A DNA stretch of 64,000 nucleotides from an uncultured Stakelama sp. Lineage in GTDB: Bacteria > Pseudomonadota > Alphaproteobacteria > Sphingomonadales > Sphingomonadaceae. Each line of letters starts with the position of its first letter. Positions within the stretch are counted from its first letter, which is position 1. The position numbers and the translations under genes were made by a program. Below the pieces are notes generated by a model that saw nothing but the letters and a program-made list of their open reading frames with translations, was not told the DNA's origin and ran no database searches. This document shows positions 55,877-64,000 of this stretch, one piece after another. The DNA lies in contig CAYUYZ010000001.1 in assembly GCA_964449575.1 (NCBI GenBank), positions 111,944 through 175,943 of the forward strand, read 5' to 3'.

Positions 55877-56071
55877 CGAACCCCTAATCTGCAATAGCAG
55901 TCTCTCCTGAAGGGGATCCTCGGGGGATTTTTGTTTGGTGAGCGATTGGTGCTCTGCGCAGCTTGCACATTGAATCGGGCCCACTGCTAACCACCCTTCC
56001 CCCCACCCCCATTCTCGACAACCCGCCCTCAACCGCCTATCGCCCACCCCTACAGAACAAGGGGAGCCCCA

Positions 56072-57040
56072 ATGCCGAAAGCCAGCAAGACGCTCGACCG
56101 CGTCCTCGTGCTCGAAATGGTGCGCGTTACCGAAGCTGCGGCCGTCGCCGCCGCCAGCCTGATCGGGCGCGGGGATGAGAAGGCCGCCGATGCCGCCGCG
56201 GTCGAAGCGATGCGGGAGGCGCTCAACAAGCTCTACATGGACGGCACCGTGGTGATCGGTGAGGGCGAGCGCGACGAAGCGCCGATGCTCTATATCGGCG
56301 AAAAGGTCGGCTCGGCGATCGGCAAGGGACCGAAGATCGACATTGCGCTCGACCCCCTCGAAGGCACGACGATCACCGCGAAGGCCGGGCCGAATGCGCT
56401 CGCGGTGCTGGCGATTGCCGAGGAAGGCTGCCTGCTCAACGCGCCCGACGTCTATATGGACAAGATCGCGGTCGGGCCGGGTTACCCCAAGGACCTGATC
56501 GACCTCGACAAGACGCCGACCGAAAATGTGAAGGCGCTGGCCAAGGCCAAGGGCGTGAAGCCCAAGGAGATCATCGCCTGCGTGCTCGATCGCCCGCGCC
56601 ACGAAAAGCTGATCAAGGAACTCCGCAAGATCGGCTGTGGCATCGTGCTGATCGACGATGGCGATGTCGCGGGTGTGATCGCGACGACGAACCCTGAAAC
56701 CAACATCGATATCTATATCGGCCAGGGCGGCGCGCCTGAAGGCGTGCTGGCGGCGGCGGCGCTGCGCTGCGTCGGCGGGCAGTTCAAGGGGCGGCTCGTC
56801 TTCCGCAACGATGATGAGCGCGCGCGCGCGGCGAAATGGGGCGTCACCGATCTCGACAAGCAGTACGACCTGAAGGAACTGGCGAAGGGCGACTGCATTT
56901 TTGCCGCGACCGGCGTGACCGACGGATCGCTGCTCGGTGGCGTCAAGCGCGTCGGCGGCAAGCTGATCACGCACAGCGTCGTGATGCGCGCGTCGAGCGG
57001 CACCGTGCGCTGGGTCAAGGGCGAACGCCGGATCGATTGA
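56072..57040 (+). CDS. glpX: class II fructose-1,6-bisphosphatase
   Basis: 322 aa with LEMVRVTEAAA, GEGERDEAPML and DPLEGTT motifs. Confidence 0.95.
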   Translation: MPKASKTLDRVLVLEMVRVTEAAAVAAASLIGRGDEKAADAAAVEAMREALNKLYMDGTVVIGEGERDEAPMLYIGEKVGSAIGKGPKIDIALDPLEGTTITAKAGPNALAVLAIAEEGCLLNAPDVYMDKIAVGPGYPKDLIDLDKTPTENVKALAKAKGVKPKEIIACVLDRPRHEKLIKELRKIGCGIVLIDDGDVAGVIATTNPETNIDIYIGQGGAPEGVLAAAALRCVGGQFKGRLVFRNDDERARAAKWGVTDLDKQYDLKELAKGDCIFAATGVTDGSLLGGVKRVGGKLITHSVVMRASSGTVRWVKGERRID

Positions 57041-57110
57041 GGGCGGTTGCGCCCACCAACATGCACCGATAGCCTGTTGGGGTCCCACCCCCACGCAGGA
57101 ACCCCGCCGC

Positions 57111-58958
57111 ATGCGCCTGACCCATATCGCCGTCCTGCTCGCTGCCGTCGCGGCACCGGCTGCCTTCGCGCGTCCGCAGGCGGCCCCAGCGCCCGCCGTC
57201 GCGCCACAAGCGCCCTTCACTTTCGAAAAGCTGATGGTGCCGATGCGCGACGGGGCGAAGATGGAGACGGTGATCATCCGCCCCACCGCCGCCAAGGGGC
57301 CGCTGCCGATCCTGTTCCAGCGTACCCCTTACGGTGTTCCTCAAGGCGCGCCGCCACGCGTGCCGGGCGGGTGGAAGACCTTGGTCGACGATGGCTATAT
57401 CTTCGTGTTCCAGTCGATGCGCGGACGGTTCGGATCGGACGGGGTGTTCACCTTGTCGACGGCGCTGACGCCCAAGGGGCCGGACGAAGCGACCGACGCC
57501 TATGACGCGGTCGGCTGGCTGGTCAAAAATGTGAAGGGCAATAATGGCAAGGTCGGGATGTGGGGGATCAGCTACCCCGGTTTCGCCGCCGCGATTGCGC
57601 TCGCCAAGCCGCATCCGGCGCTGAAAGCGGTCAGCCCGCAGGCGGCGTGGATCGATTATTGGCAGAATGACGATCTCCACCGCAACGGCGCGCTGCGGCT
57701 GAGCTACACCGCCGATTGGGTATCGTCGCTCCAGCTTACCAAGGGCAATTCGCCCGATTTCGACTATGGCGGCGTCGATACCTATGATTATTTCCTGAAG
57801 CTCGGCAGCGCGGCGAACCTCGACAAAATCTGGCAGGGCAAGGTGCCGATGGCGACGGCGCTGTTCGACCACCCCAATCATGATGCTTTCTACACCGCGC
57901 AGCGCTGGTCCGATGCGCTCGGCAAGACCACGGTGCCGACGCTCAATGTCGCGGGCTTTTGGGATCAGGAAGACCCGTGGGGATCGTGGCAAATCTACGC
58001 CAAGCAGAAGCAGAATGACCCCGATCATTTGAGCCAGATGGTCGCGGGGCCCTGGGCGCACGGCACCTGGTCGGCGCCGGGCAAGGATGTCGGGCGGATT
58101 CCGGTCGCGGTCGATCATCCGCAGCAATTCCGCGACGAGATTCAGGCGCCGTTCTTCCGTTATTGGCTGCACGGCAAGGGCGCGCGCCCGAATTTCGAAG
58201 CGCGGATGTTCCAGTCGGGATCCTGGGCCTGGAAGAATTACGAAAGTTGGCCGCCCAAGGGGACGACCGCGACCGCGCTGTACCTCCACGCCGACGGCGC
58301 GCTCGATTTCACGGCGCCGGCGAGCGGCGAGGCGTGTCGCTCCTATGTGTCGGACCCGGCCAATCCGGTGCCGTTCCGCCCGCGCCCGATCTCGCCGACT
58401 TATCCGCGCCCCGAATGGCGCTGGTGGGAAGCCGAAGACCAGCGCTTCGTCGATCACCGCCCCGATGTGCTGAGCTATGTCTCGGCGCCACTGACCGAGG
58501 ATTTGACGGTGACGGGCCAGATCGCCGCCGAGCTGATGGCCTCGACCAGCGGCACCGACAGCGATTTCGTGGTCAAGCTGATCGATGTGCTGCCCGACGA
58601 TTATGAGACGTTCAATCAGGGCGCGCCGCTGGGTGCCTATACCCGGCAGCTCAACGGCTATCAGTGGCCGATCGCAATGGAAATCCGGCGCGGGCGCTTC
58701 CTGAAAAGCGACGTAACCCCGCAGGCGCTGGTGCCGGGACAAGTGACCGCGTGGGACGTGCCTTTGCGCGACCACGACCATGTCTTCAAAAAGGGCCACC
58801 GGATCATGGTGCAAATCCAGTCGAGCTGGTTCCCGGTGATCGACCGCAATCCGCAGACTTTTGTGCCGAACATCGCGAAGGCCCGGCCGGAGGATTATGT
58901 GAAGGCGGAGCAGAAGGTGTGCGCGGGATCGCGGGTGGTGTTGCCGGTGATGCGGTGA
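57111..58958 (+). CDS. CocE/NonD family hydrolase (S15 X-Pro dipeptidyl-peptidase-like)
   Basis: 615 aa with a signal peptide, a GISYPG nucleophile elbow, and a C-terminal jelly-roll region. Confidence 0.85.
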   Translation: MRLTHIAVLLAAVAAPAAFARPQAAPAPAVAPQAPFTFEKLMVPMRDGAKMETVIIRPTAAKGPLPILFQRTPYGVPQGAPPRVPGGWKTLVDDGYIFVFQSMRGRFGSDGVFTLSTALTPKGPDEATDAYDAVGWLVKNVKGNNGKVGMWGISYPGFAAAIALAKPHPALKAVSPQAAWIDYWQNDDLHRNGALRLSYTADWVSSLQLTKGNSPDFDYGGVDTYDYFLKLGSAANLDKIWQGKVPMATALFDHPNHDAFYTAQRWSDALGKTTVPTLNVAGFWDQEDPWGSWQIYAKQKQNDPDHLSQMVAGPWAHGTWSAPGKDVGRIPVAVDHPQQFRDEIQAPFFRYWLHGKGARPNFEARMFQSGSWAWKNYESWPPKGTTATALYLHADGALDFTAPASGEACRSYVSDPANPVPFRPRPISPTYPRPEWRWWEAEDQRFVDHRPDVLSYVSAPLTEDLTVTGQIAAELMASTSGTDSDFVVKLIDVLPDDYETFNQGAPLGAYTRQLNGYQWPIAMEIRRGRFLKSDVTPQALVPGQVTAWDVPLRDHDHVFKKGHRIMVQIQSSWFPVIDRNPQTFVPNIAKARPEDYVKAEQKVCAGSRVVLPVMR

Positions 58959-58965
58959 GTCTGGC

Positions 58966-59736
58966 TCAACTCTTCAGCCGCCACCCGGTCCGGAAAATCC
59001 ACGCGACCGCGCCCAGGCACAGCAGCAGGAACACGCCGGTCACACCCAGGCTCCAGCCAATGCTGACGTCGCCGCGCCCGAAGAAGGTCCAGCGAAAGCC
59101 GCTGATGAGGTACACGATCGGGTTGAGCAGCGCGACTTTCTGCCACGCCGGCGGCAGCATCGAGATCGAGTAGAAAGTGCCGCCGAGGAAGGTCAGCGGG
59201 GTGATCACCAGTAGCGGGATGATCTGCAACTGCTCGAAACTGTTCGCCCAGATGCCCAGCACGAAGCCGAACAGGCAGAAGGTGATCGCCGTCAGTGCCA
59301 TGAACGCGACCATATACACCGGATGCGCGATCGGCAGCGCGACGAACAGATGCGCGGTGGCGAAAATGACGAGGCCGAGGATCATCGACTTGGTCGCCGC
59401 CGCGCCCACGTACGCCAGCACCGTCTCGAACGGCGACAGCGGCGCCGACAGCAGCTCGTAAATCGTGCCCGACCATTTGGGCAGGTAAATGCCGAAGCTC
59501 GCATTGCCGATGCCTTCGGTCAGCATCGACAGCAGCATCAGCCCCGGCACGATGAACGCGCCGTAAGGCACGCCGTCGACGGTGTTGATCCGCCCGCCGA
59601 TGGCGGAGCCGAACACCACGAAATAGAGCGACGTCGTGATGACCGGGGTCGCCAGGCTGGTCAGGATCGTGCGGCGGAAGCGCGCGAGTTCGAAGCGGTA
59701 GATCGCGGCGACGCCCGCCCAGTTGAAGCCGTTCAT
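58966..59736 (-). CDS. ABC-2 type transporter permease
   Basis: 256 aa with six TM helices, a YadH-like pattern. It overlaps the ATPase gene by 4 nt. Confidence 0.85.
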   Translation of the reverse strand: MNGFNWAGVAAIYRFELARFRRTILTSLATPVITTSLYFVVFGSAIGGRINTVDGVPYGAFIVPGLMLLSMLTEGIGNASFGIYLPKWSGTIYELLSAPLSPFETVLAYVGAAATKSMILGLVIFATAHLFVALPIAHPVYMVAFMALTAITFCLFGFVLGIWANSFEQLQIIPLLVITPLTFLGGTFYSISMLPPAWQKVALLNPIVYLISGFRWTFFGRGDVSIGWSLGVTGVFLLLCLGAVAWIFRTGWRLKS

Positions 59737-60689
59737 GCCGCGACTTCCTCTGCCAGCGCATGCTCGCCTGCGTCGTGGAGCAGCCCCACGAAGATGTCCT
59801 CGAGCGAGCTTTGCTGGGTGTTGAGGTCCTTATACGCGATCCCCGCGTCACCGATCGCGCGTAGCAAGCCGGCGATGCCGGTGCGCTCGCTGCCCGCCTC
59901 GAACACATATTCGAGTTCGTGGCCGTCATTCTTGAGGGACGGCGCCCACTCGGTAAGCGCGGGCGGCACGGCGCTCAGCGGTTCGGTGAGCGTCACGGTG
60001 AGGGTGCGCTTGCCGAGTTTCTGCATCAACGTCGCTTTTTCCTCAACGAGGATCAGCTTGCCCTTCAGGATCACACCGACGCGGTCGGCCATTTCCTCGG
60101 CCTCTTCGATATAGTGCGTCGTGAGAATAATCGTGGTGCCGCCGTCGCGCAGCTTGCGCACCAGCGCCCACATGTCGCGGCGCAGCTCGACATCGACCCC
60201 GGCGGTCGGCTCGTCGAGGAACAGCACCTCGGGTTCGTGGGCGAGCGCCTTGGCGATCAGTACGCGGCGCTTCATCCCGCCCGACAGCGCCATGATTTTC
60301 GCGTTGCGCTTGTCCCACAGCGACAGGTCGCGCAGGATCCGCTCGATATGCGCGGGGTCGGGCTTGCGGCCGAACAGGCCCCGGCTGAACGTGACCGTGT
60401 CGATCACGCGTTCGAAAGCGTCGGTCGATAGCTCCTGCGGCACCAGCCCGATCCGGTAGCGCGCCTGGCGATAATCGCGCGCAATGTCATATCCTGCGAC
60501 GCTTACGCTGCCGCCGCTCGCGGTCACGATGCCGCAGACGATCGAGATCAGCGTCGTCTTGCCCGCGCCATTAGGGCCGAGCAGCGCGAAGATTTCCCCC
60601 TTGGCGATCGACAGATCGACATGGTCGAGCGCGGTGAGGCCCGAGGCATAGGTTTTGGTGAGACCGGAAATGGCGAGGATCGGTTCCAA
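59733..60689 (-). CDS. ABC transporter ATP-binding protein
   Basis: Walker [10 protein letters not shown], signature LSGGMKRR, Walker B LFLDEP. The start is uncertain. TTG at 60689 was chosen because the ORF N-terminus beyond it runs through a repeat element. Confidence 0.8.
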   Translation of the reverse strand: MEPILAISGLTKTYASGLTALDHVDLSIAKGEIFALLGPNGAGKTTLISIVCGIVTASGGSVSVAGYDIARDYRQARYRIGLVPQELSTDAFERVIDTVTFSRGLFGRKPDPAHIERILRDLSLWDKRNAKIMALSGGMKRRVLIAKALAHEPEVLFLDEPTAGVDVELRRDMWALVRKLRDGGTTIILTTHYIEEAEEMADRVGVILKGKLILVEEKATLMQKLGKRTLTVTLTEPLSAVPPALTEWAPSLKNDGHELEYVFEAGSERTGIAGLLRAIGDAGIAYKDLNTQQSSLEDIFVGLLHDAGEHALAEEVAA

Positions 60690-60785
60690 AGGCGTGGTGT
60701 CCCCGAATGGCGTGAGGGCTGGAGATAGGGGCGGGGGGCGGGAGCGACAATGCTCGGCGTGTCCCTTTCTGCCTAATCCCCATAT

Positions 60786-60874
60786 CCCCCGTTCGTTTCG
60801 AGCGCAGTCGGGAAACAAGCCAAGGGGGACATCGCTTGTGGCCTGTTTCTCGACTTCGCTCGAAACGAACGGGG
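60786..60874. repeat. palindromic repeat family 2, near-full copy
   Basis: CCCCCGTTCGTTTCGAGCGCAGTCGGGAAACAAGCC ... GGCCTGTTTCTCGACTTCGCTCGAAACGAACGGGG. Confidence 0.85.
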
Positions 60875-60909
60875 AAGAGAATGAAGTGGAGATCAAAGGA
60901 AAGCCGCTC

Positions 60910-61638
60910 TCAGCGCGCCTTTCGCGCCTCGGCCACCAGCCGTTTCAATTCCTCGATCGGCAGCGCCGAGGAGATGACCTGATCGCCGATCACCCAGGAC
61001 GGGGTGCCGCTCATCCCCAGCTTCTTGGCAGTGTCGAGATTGCGTGCGAGTTCGGCCTCGATCCGCGGGGAATTGGCAGCGGCCTGCACCTTGGCGAGGT
61101 CGAGCCCGGCGGTCGCGGTGGCAGCGGCAAGCGTTGCCTCGCTCACTTGACCGCCGGCGTAGAGCGCGCGGTTGAATTCGCGGAACTTGCCCATGTCGGC
61201 GGCCGCCAGGCTGTAGCGCGCGGCGGTCGCGCTTTCCTGCGACAGGATCGGCCAGTCGCGGTAGACGATGCGCAAGCCCGGATCGGCTGCGAGCAGTTCG
61301 TCGATCAGCGGGAGGCTCGATCGGCAATAGCCGCAATTATAGTCGAAATATTCGACGATCGTCACATCACCGCGCGGATTGCCTGCCCAGGCAGTGCCGA
61401 AGGGTTCGAGGATCGCAGCCTTGTCGGCGTCGATCGCTTGCCCGCTTTGGCGGCGGCGCAGCGCGCTCGATGCTTCGACCAGCACTTCGGGGTGACTGAC
61501 GAGATAGTCGTGGACGATCTGCTCGGTACGCGCGCGGTCGCTGGCGATGGGTGCCCCCATGCGGCCCGCGAAATACATCCCGCCCGCACCCAGCAACGCG
61601 GCGCCAATCGCCACCGCCAACAGCAGCAACCGGTTCAT
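60910..61638 (-). CDS. DsbA-family thiol:disulfide oxidoreductase
   Basis: 242 aa with a signal anchor and a CGYC active site in [11 protein letters not shown]. Confidence 0.85.
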   Translation of the reverse strand: MNRLLLLAVAIGAALLGAGGMYFAGRMGAPIASDRARTEQIVHDYLVSHPEVLVEASSALRRRQSGQAIDADKAAILEPFGTAWAGNPRGDVTIVEYFDYNCGYCRSSLPLIDELLAADPGLRIVYRDWPILSQESATAARYSLAAADMGKFREFNRALYAGGQVSEATLAAATATAGLDLAKVQAAANSPRIEAELARNLDTAKKLGMSGTPSWVIGDQVISSALPIEELKRLVAEARKAR

Positions 61639-62999
61639 CGCCGCCCTCTGCGTTGGTCGTCGATCACATTTTGCGTCAGCAGCACCAGATCCTGCGCGCG
61701 AATCCAGTCGGGCGTGTTGGGCGGCAGGCCCGCCAGCGCGCCGCGTGCACTGACCGACGTGGTGCGAAGATCGCCGTTGAGTGCTGCGCGTTCGGCGGTC
61801 GCGAGTAGCGCGCGGGGCACGTCGCCCTTGCGTTCGTAAACGACGCCCAATTGGAACCAGGCAAAGGGATTTTCGCTGTCGCGGCCGACTGCCTGCCGCA
61901 GCACCTTTTCGGCTTCGGGGAAATGCGCGGGGTTTTCGGTCGCGATCAATGCGTGGCCGAAGGTGGTTGCGATCAGCGGTTGGTAGCCGCTGCGCTCGGT
62001 GGCTTCGCGAAGCGGGGTCAGTGCCTCATCGGGTTTGCCTGATTCGAGCAGAATCTGGCCCTTGATCTCAAGGAAATAGGGATCGTGTGGCAGCGCCTTC
62101 ACCAGCGCATCGGCCTCGGCATTGGCTTTCTCAGGATAGCCGCCTTTGTGATAGGCATAGGCGCGCGCGTAATGGGCGTAGATGCTCTGATCCTCGACCG
62201 GATAAGCGGTCAGCGTGCGCGGCGGATCGTTGACGTACCCGGCAAGCTTGGCCTTCACCCGTTTGAACTTGTCTTCGAGCATGGGATCGGTCGGCCTGCC
62301 GAACGCGGGTGACTCGCGCACCGTTTCGGTCAGCGTCGCGACGCGCTCGCCGCTCAAGGGGTGGCTCTGCGAAAAGGGGTCGATGTTGTTATAGCCCGCG
62401 CGATACTCGAGATTTTGGAGCTTCTTGAAGAATTCGAGCATCCCGCGCCCGCTGACGCCCGCCGTTTGCAGGAACTTGGCGCCAGTCGCGTCCGCCGTTG
62501 ATTCCTGCACGCGGCTGAAGGCGAGATATTTGCCGATCGCGGCCTGCTGCCCCGCCGCGATGATGCCGGCGGCCGCGTCGCCCGACCCGGCGGCGGCGGC
62601 GGCGACGCCGAGCACGAGGCTCAAAATCTGGATCGCGACCGCAGGCTTGATGCCGGCATCGGCGAGCGGGACATGGCCGTCGGCGATATGGCCGAGTTCA
62701 TGCGCGATCACGCCCTGCACCTGATTGGCATTGTCGGCCGACGCGATCAGCCCCGAATGGACATAGACGGTCTGGCCGCCCGCAACGAACGCGTTGATCG
62801 AGTCGTCCTGGATCAGCACGACCTTGACGTTGCGCGGGGACAGCCCGGCGGCGATGATCAGGGGGCGCGACATGTCGTCGAACATCGCCTCGGTCTCGGC
62901 ATCGCGCAGGATCGACTGGGCGTGCGCAGGCTGCGCGGCGGCAAGGAGCGAAAGCGCGAGCGCGGCGACGAATTTCTTCATGAGTCGGTTATCGGCCAA
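61635..62999 (-). CDS. M48 family metalloprotease with TPR-like C-terminal domain
   Basis: 454 aa with a signal peptide, HELGHIADGH (HEXXH), and a helical-repeat C-terminus. Confidence 0.85.
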   Translation of the reverse strand: MADNRLMKKFVAALALSLLAAAQPAHAQSILRDAETEAMFDDMSRPLIIAAGLSPRNVKVVLIQDDSINAFVAGGQTVYVHSGLIASADNANQVQGVIAHELGHIADGHVPLADAGIKPAVAIQILSLVLGVAAAAAGSGDAAAGIIAAGQQAAIGKYLAFSRVQESTADATGAKFLQTAGVSGRGMLEFFKKLQNLEYRAGYNNIDPFSQSHPLSGERVATLTETVRESPAFGRPTDPMLEDKFKRVKAKLAGYVNDPPRTLTAYPVEDQSIYAHYARAYAYHKGGYPEKANAEADALVKALPHDPYFLEIKGQILLESGKPDEALTPLREATERSGYQPLIATTFGHALIATENPAHFPEAEKVLRQAVGRDSENPFAWFQLGVVYERKGDVPRALLATAERAALNGDLRTTSVSARGALAGLPPNTPDWIRAQDLVLLTQNVIDDQRRGRR

Positions 63000-63061
63000 T
63001 TCGCGATTGCGTTCAACGATTGCCGGTGCGCCCGCGCCGCCGGATCAGGCGGCACGGGCGC

Positions 63062-64000
63062 GTTAGGCGTTCAGCCGCCGAAGGTGCTGCTCCACCAGCC
63101 CTTGCGGCGCGGGGCGGCGGGGCCAGCGTCCGGGGCCGCTGCATCGTTGTTCGACGCGACCGGTTCGGGCGCTGCGTCGGCTGTCACCTCGGCGGGAGCA
63201 GCTTCGACTTCGGCAACCGGTTCGGCTTCAGCGACGTCGGCCTTTTTACGGCGCGCGCGCTTGGGCTTGGCGGCGGGTTCTTCGGCAGTTTCGGCGTCGA
63301 CCGGGGCTTCGGCCGCCGCTTCGACCGCGACCTCGGCCTTTTTGGCGCGGCTGCGCGTCCGCTTCGGTGCTTCCTCGGCGACGGGCTCGGCCTCGACGGG
63401 GGTGGTCAGCTCAGGAGCCTCAGCGACGGCTTCGGCTGCCTTGCCGCGACGACGGCGTGCGGGCTTGGCTGCGGGTTCCTCGACCGCAATTTCGGCGGTT
63501 TCGGCAAGCCCGTCGGACTCAGGCGCCGCATCGACTTCAACCGGCGCGCCAGTGTCGCTTTGCTGACCCTCGCCACGCCGACCCCGGCGACCGCGACGGC
63601 CCCGACGGCGCGATGCCCCGCCTTCGCCGCGCTCGGCGGTTTCGGCGCCAGTCGCTTCGCTGGTGTCGTCGCCGGTGTCGTCACCGGCATAGGCCTCATC
63701 GCCTCCGGCATCGACCGGACGCTCATCGTCACGCTCAAAGCCTTCGCCCGGTGCATCGCTGCGCTCACCGCCCTCCGCACTGCGACCGCGACGGCCGCGT
63801 CGACGCCGCCGTTTGCGGCGCGTGCCGTCGCCCTCGGCGGGGCGATCCTCGCGCGGGGGGCGGGCATCACGCGGACGCTCGCTGCGCTCGGCGGGTTCTT
63901 CTTCGGCTTCCTCTTCCTCGTCGATTTCTTCCTCGACGTCATCGATATCGTCGTCGAGATCGACCTTGGGCGGTTCGAAGCGCGGCGTGAAGGCCGGCGG
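63062..64000 (-). CDS. rne: ribonuclease E, C-terminal disordered scaffold region (5' end outside window; 3' end ambiguous)
   Basis: Manual translation of a Met-free open frame from the window edge gives alternating acidic and Arg-rich blocks ([38 protein letters not shown]). See the finding on the GWW tail, which lies in a different frame and ends at 63070. Confidence 0.65.

Noticed and set aside
57015-58814. 599-aa ORF antisense to the CocE/NonD hydrolase gene
   Set aside because: It is a shadow ORF. The plus-strand protein has a signal peptide and a serine-hydrolase motif.
60690-60896. N-terminal extension of the ABC ATPase ORF ([18 protein letters not shown]...)
   Set aside because: It is the translation of the family-2 palindromic repeat and its flank. 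The ABC domain starts just downstream, so the start was trimmed, although the exact start codon remains uncertain.
62673-63990. Plus-strand ORFs (297 and 207 aa) and a 178-aa minus-strand ORF in the last kilobase
   Set aside because: All are alternative frames of the repetitive, high-G+C RNase E scaffold region. The Met-free minus frame gives the characteristic acidic/Arg-rich RNase E tail.
1-64000. CRISPR arrays, rRNA or tRNA genes, prophage structural genes, integrases
   Set aside because: I saw no regularly spaced direct repeats, no rRNA-like or cloverleaf-compatible stretches, and no recombinase other than the IS1-like transposase. A tRNAscan or Infernal pass would be the definitive check.

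Overview
This is a 64-kb stretch of a high-G+C alphaproteobacterial chromosome. Gene content and several intergenic palindromic repeat families look sphingomonad-like, but that is inference: no search was run and no G+C values were computed. Most of the window is tightly packed housekeeping genes: sppA (5' partial), serC-serA, hisZ, purA, aroC, fabI, pdxH, crcB, an RluA-family synthase, dapD, glpX and the 3' part of rne. It also holds a PEP-CTERM/exosortase-associated block (manC-like, TIGR03013-type sugar transferase, prsK, prsR, prsT-like), a PepSY/OmpR/histidine-kinase module, an ABC-F ATPase, an ABC-2 exporter, DsbA and an M48 protease. I saw no rRNA, tRNA or CRISPR array. The stand-out is a 7.3-kb IS1-family transposon at 24868-32152, with 43/44-nt terminal inverted repeats and an 8-bp target-site duplication GTTGCTGT. 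Its cargo is a visibly lower-G+C five-gene operon: a small ORF, an HTH-like protein, a 697-aa single-pass membrane protein with an HPD-less J-like N-terminus, a short GrpE-like protein, and an 840-aa divergent Hsp70 with intact ATPase motifs. That makes it a mobile, self-contained, non-canonical chaperone-type system of unknown function. Other points worth a second look: a GGGAA-rich structured intergenic region with a minus-strand intrinsic terminator (candidate sRNA, 18.3-18.8 kb); tandem DnaA boxes; paralogous EcfG-like promoters in front of two glycine-zipper genes; a low-G+C papain-like peptidase plus partner pair; at least four families of palindromic REP/MITE-like repeats; and an apparent 1-nt frame break that separates the conserved GWW C-terminal tail from the main rne frame. 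The many long ORFs antisense to real genes are high-G+C shadow ORFs and were ignored.
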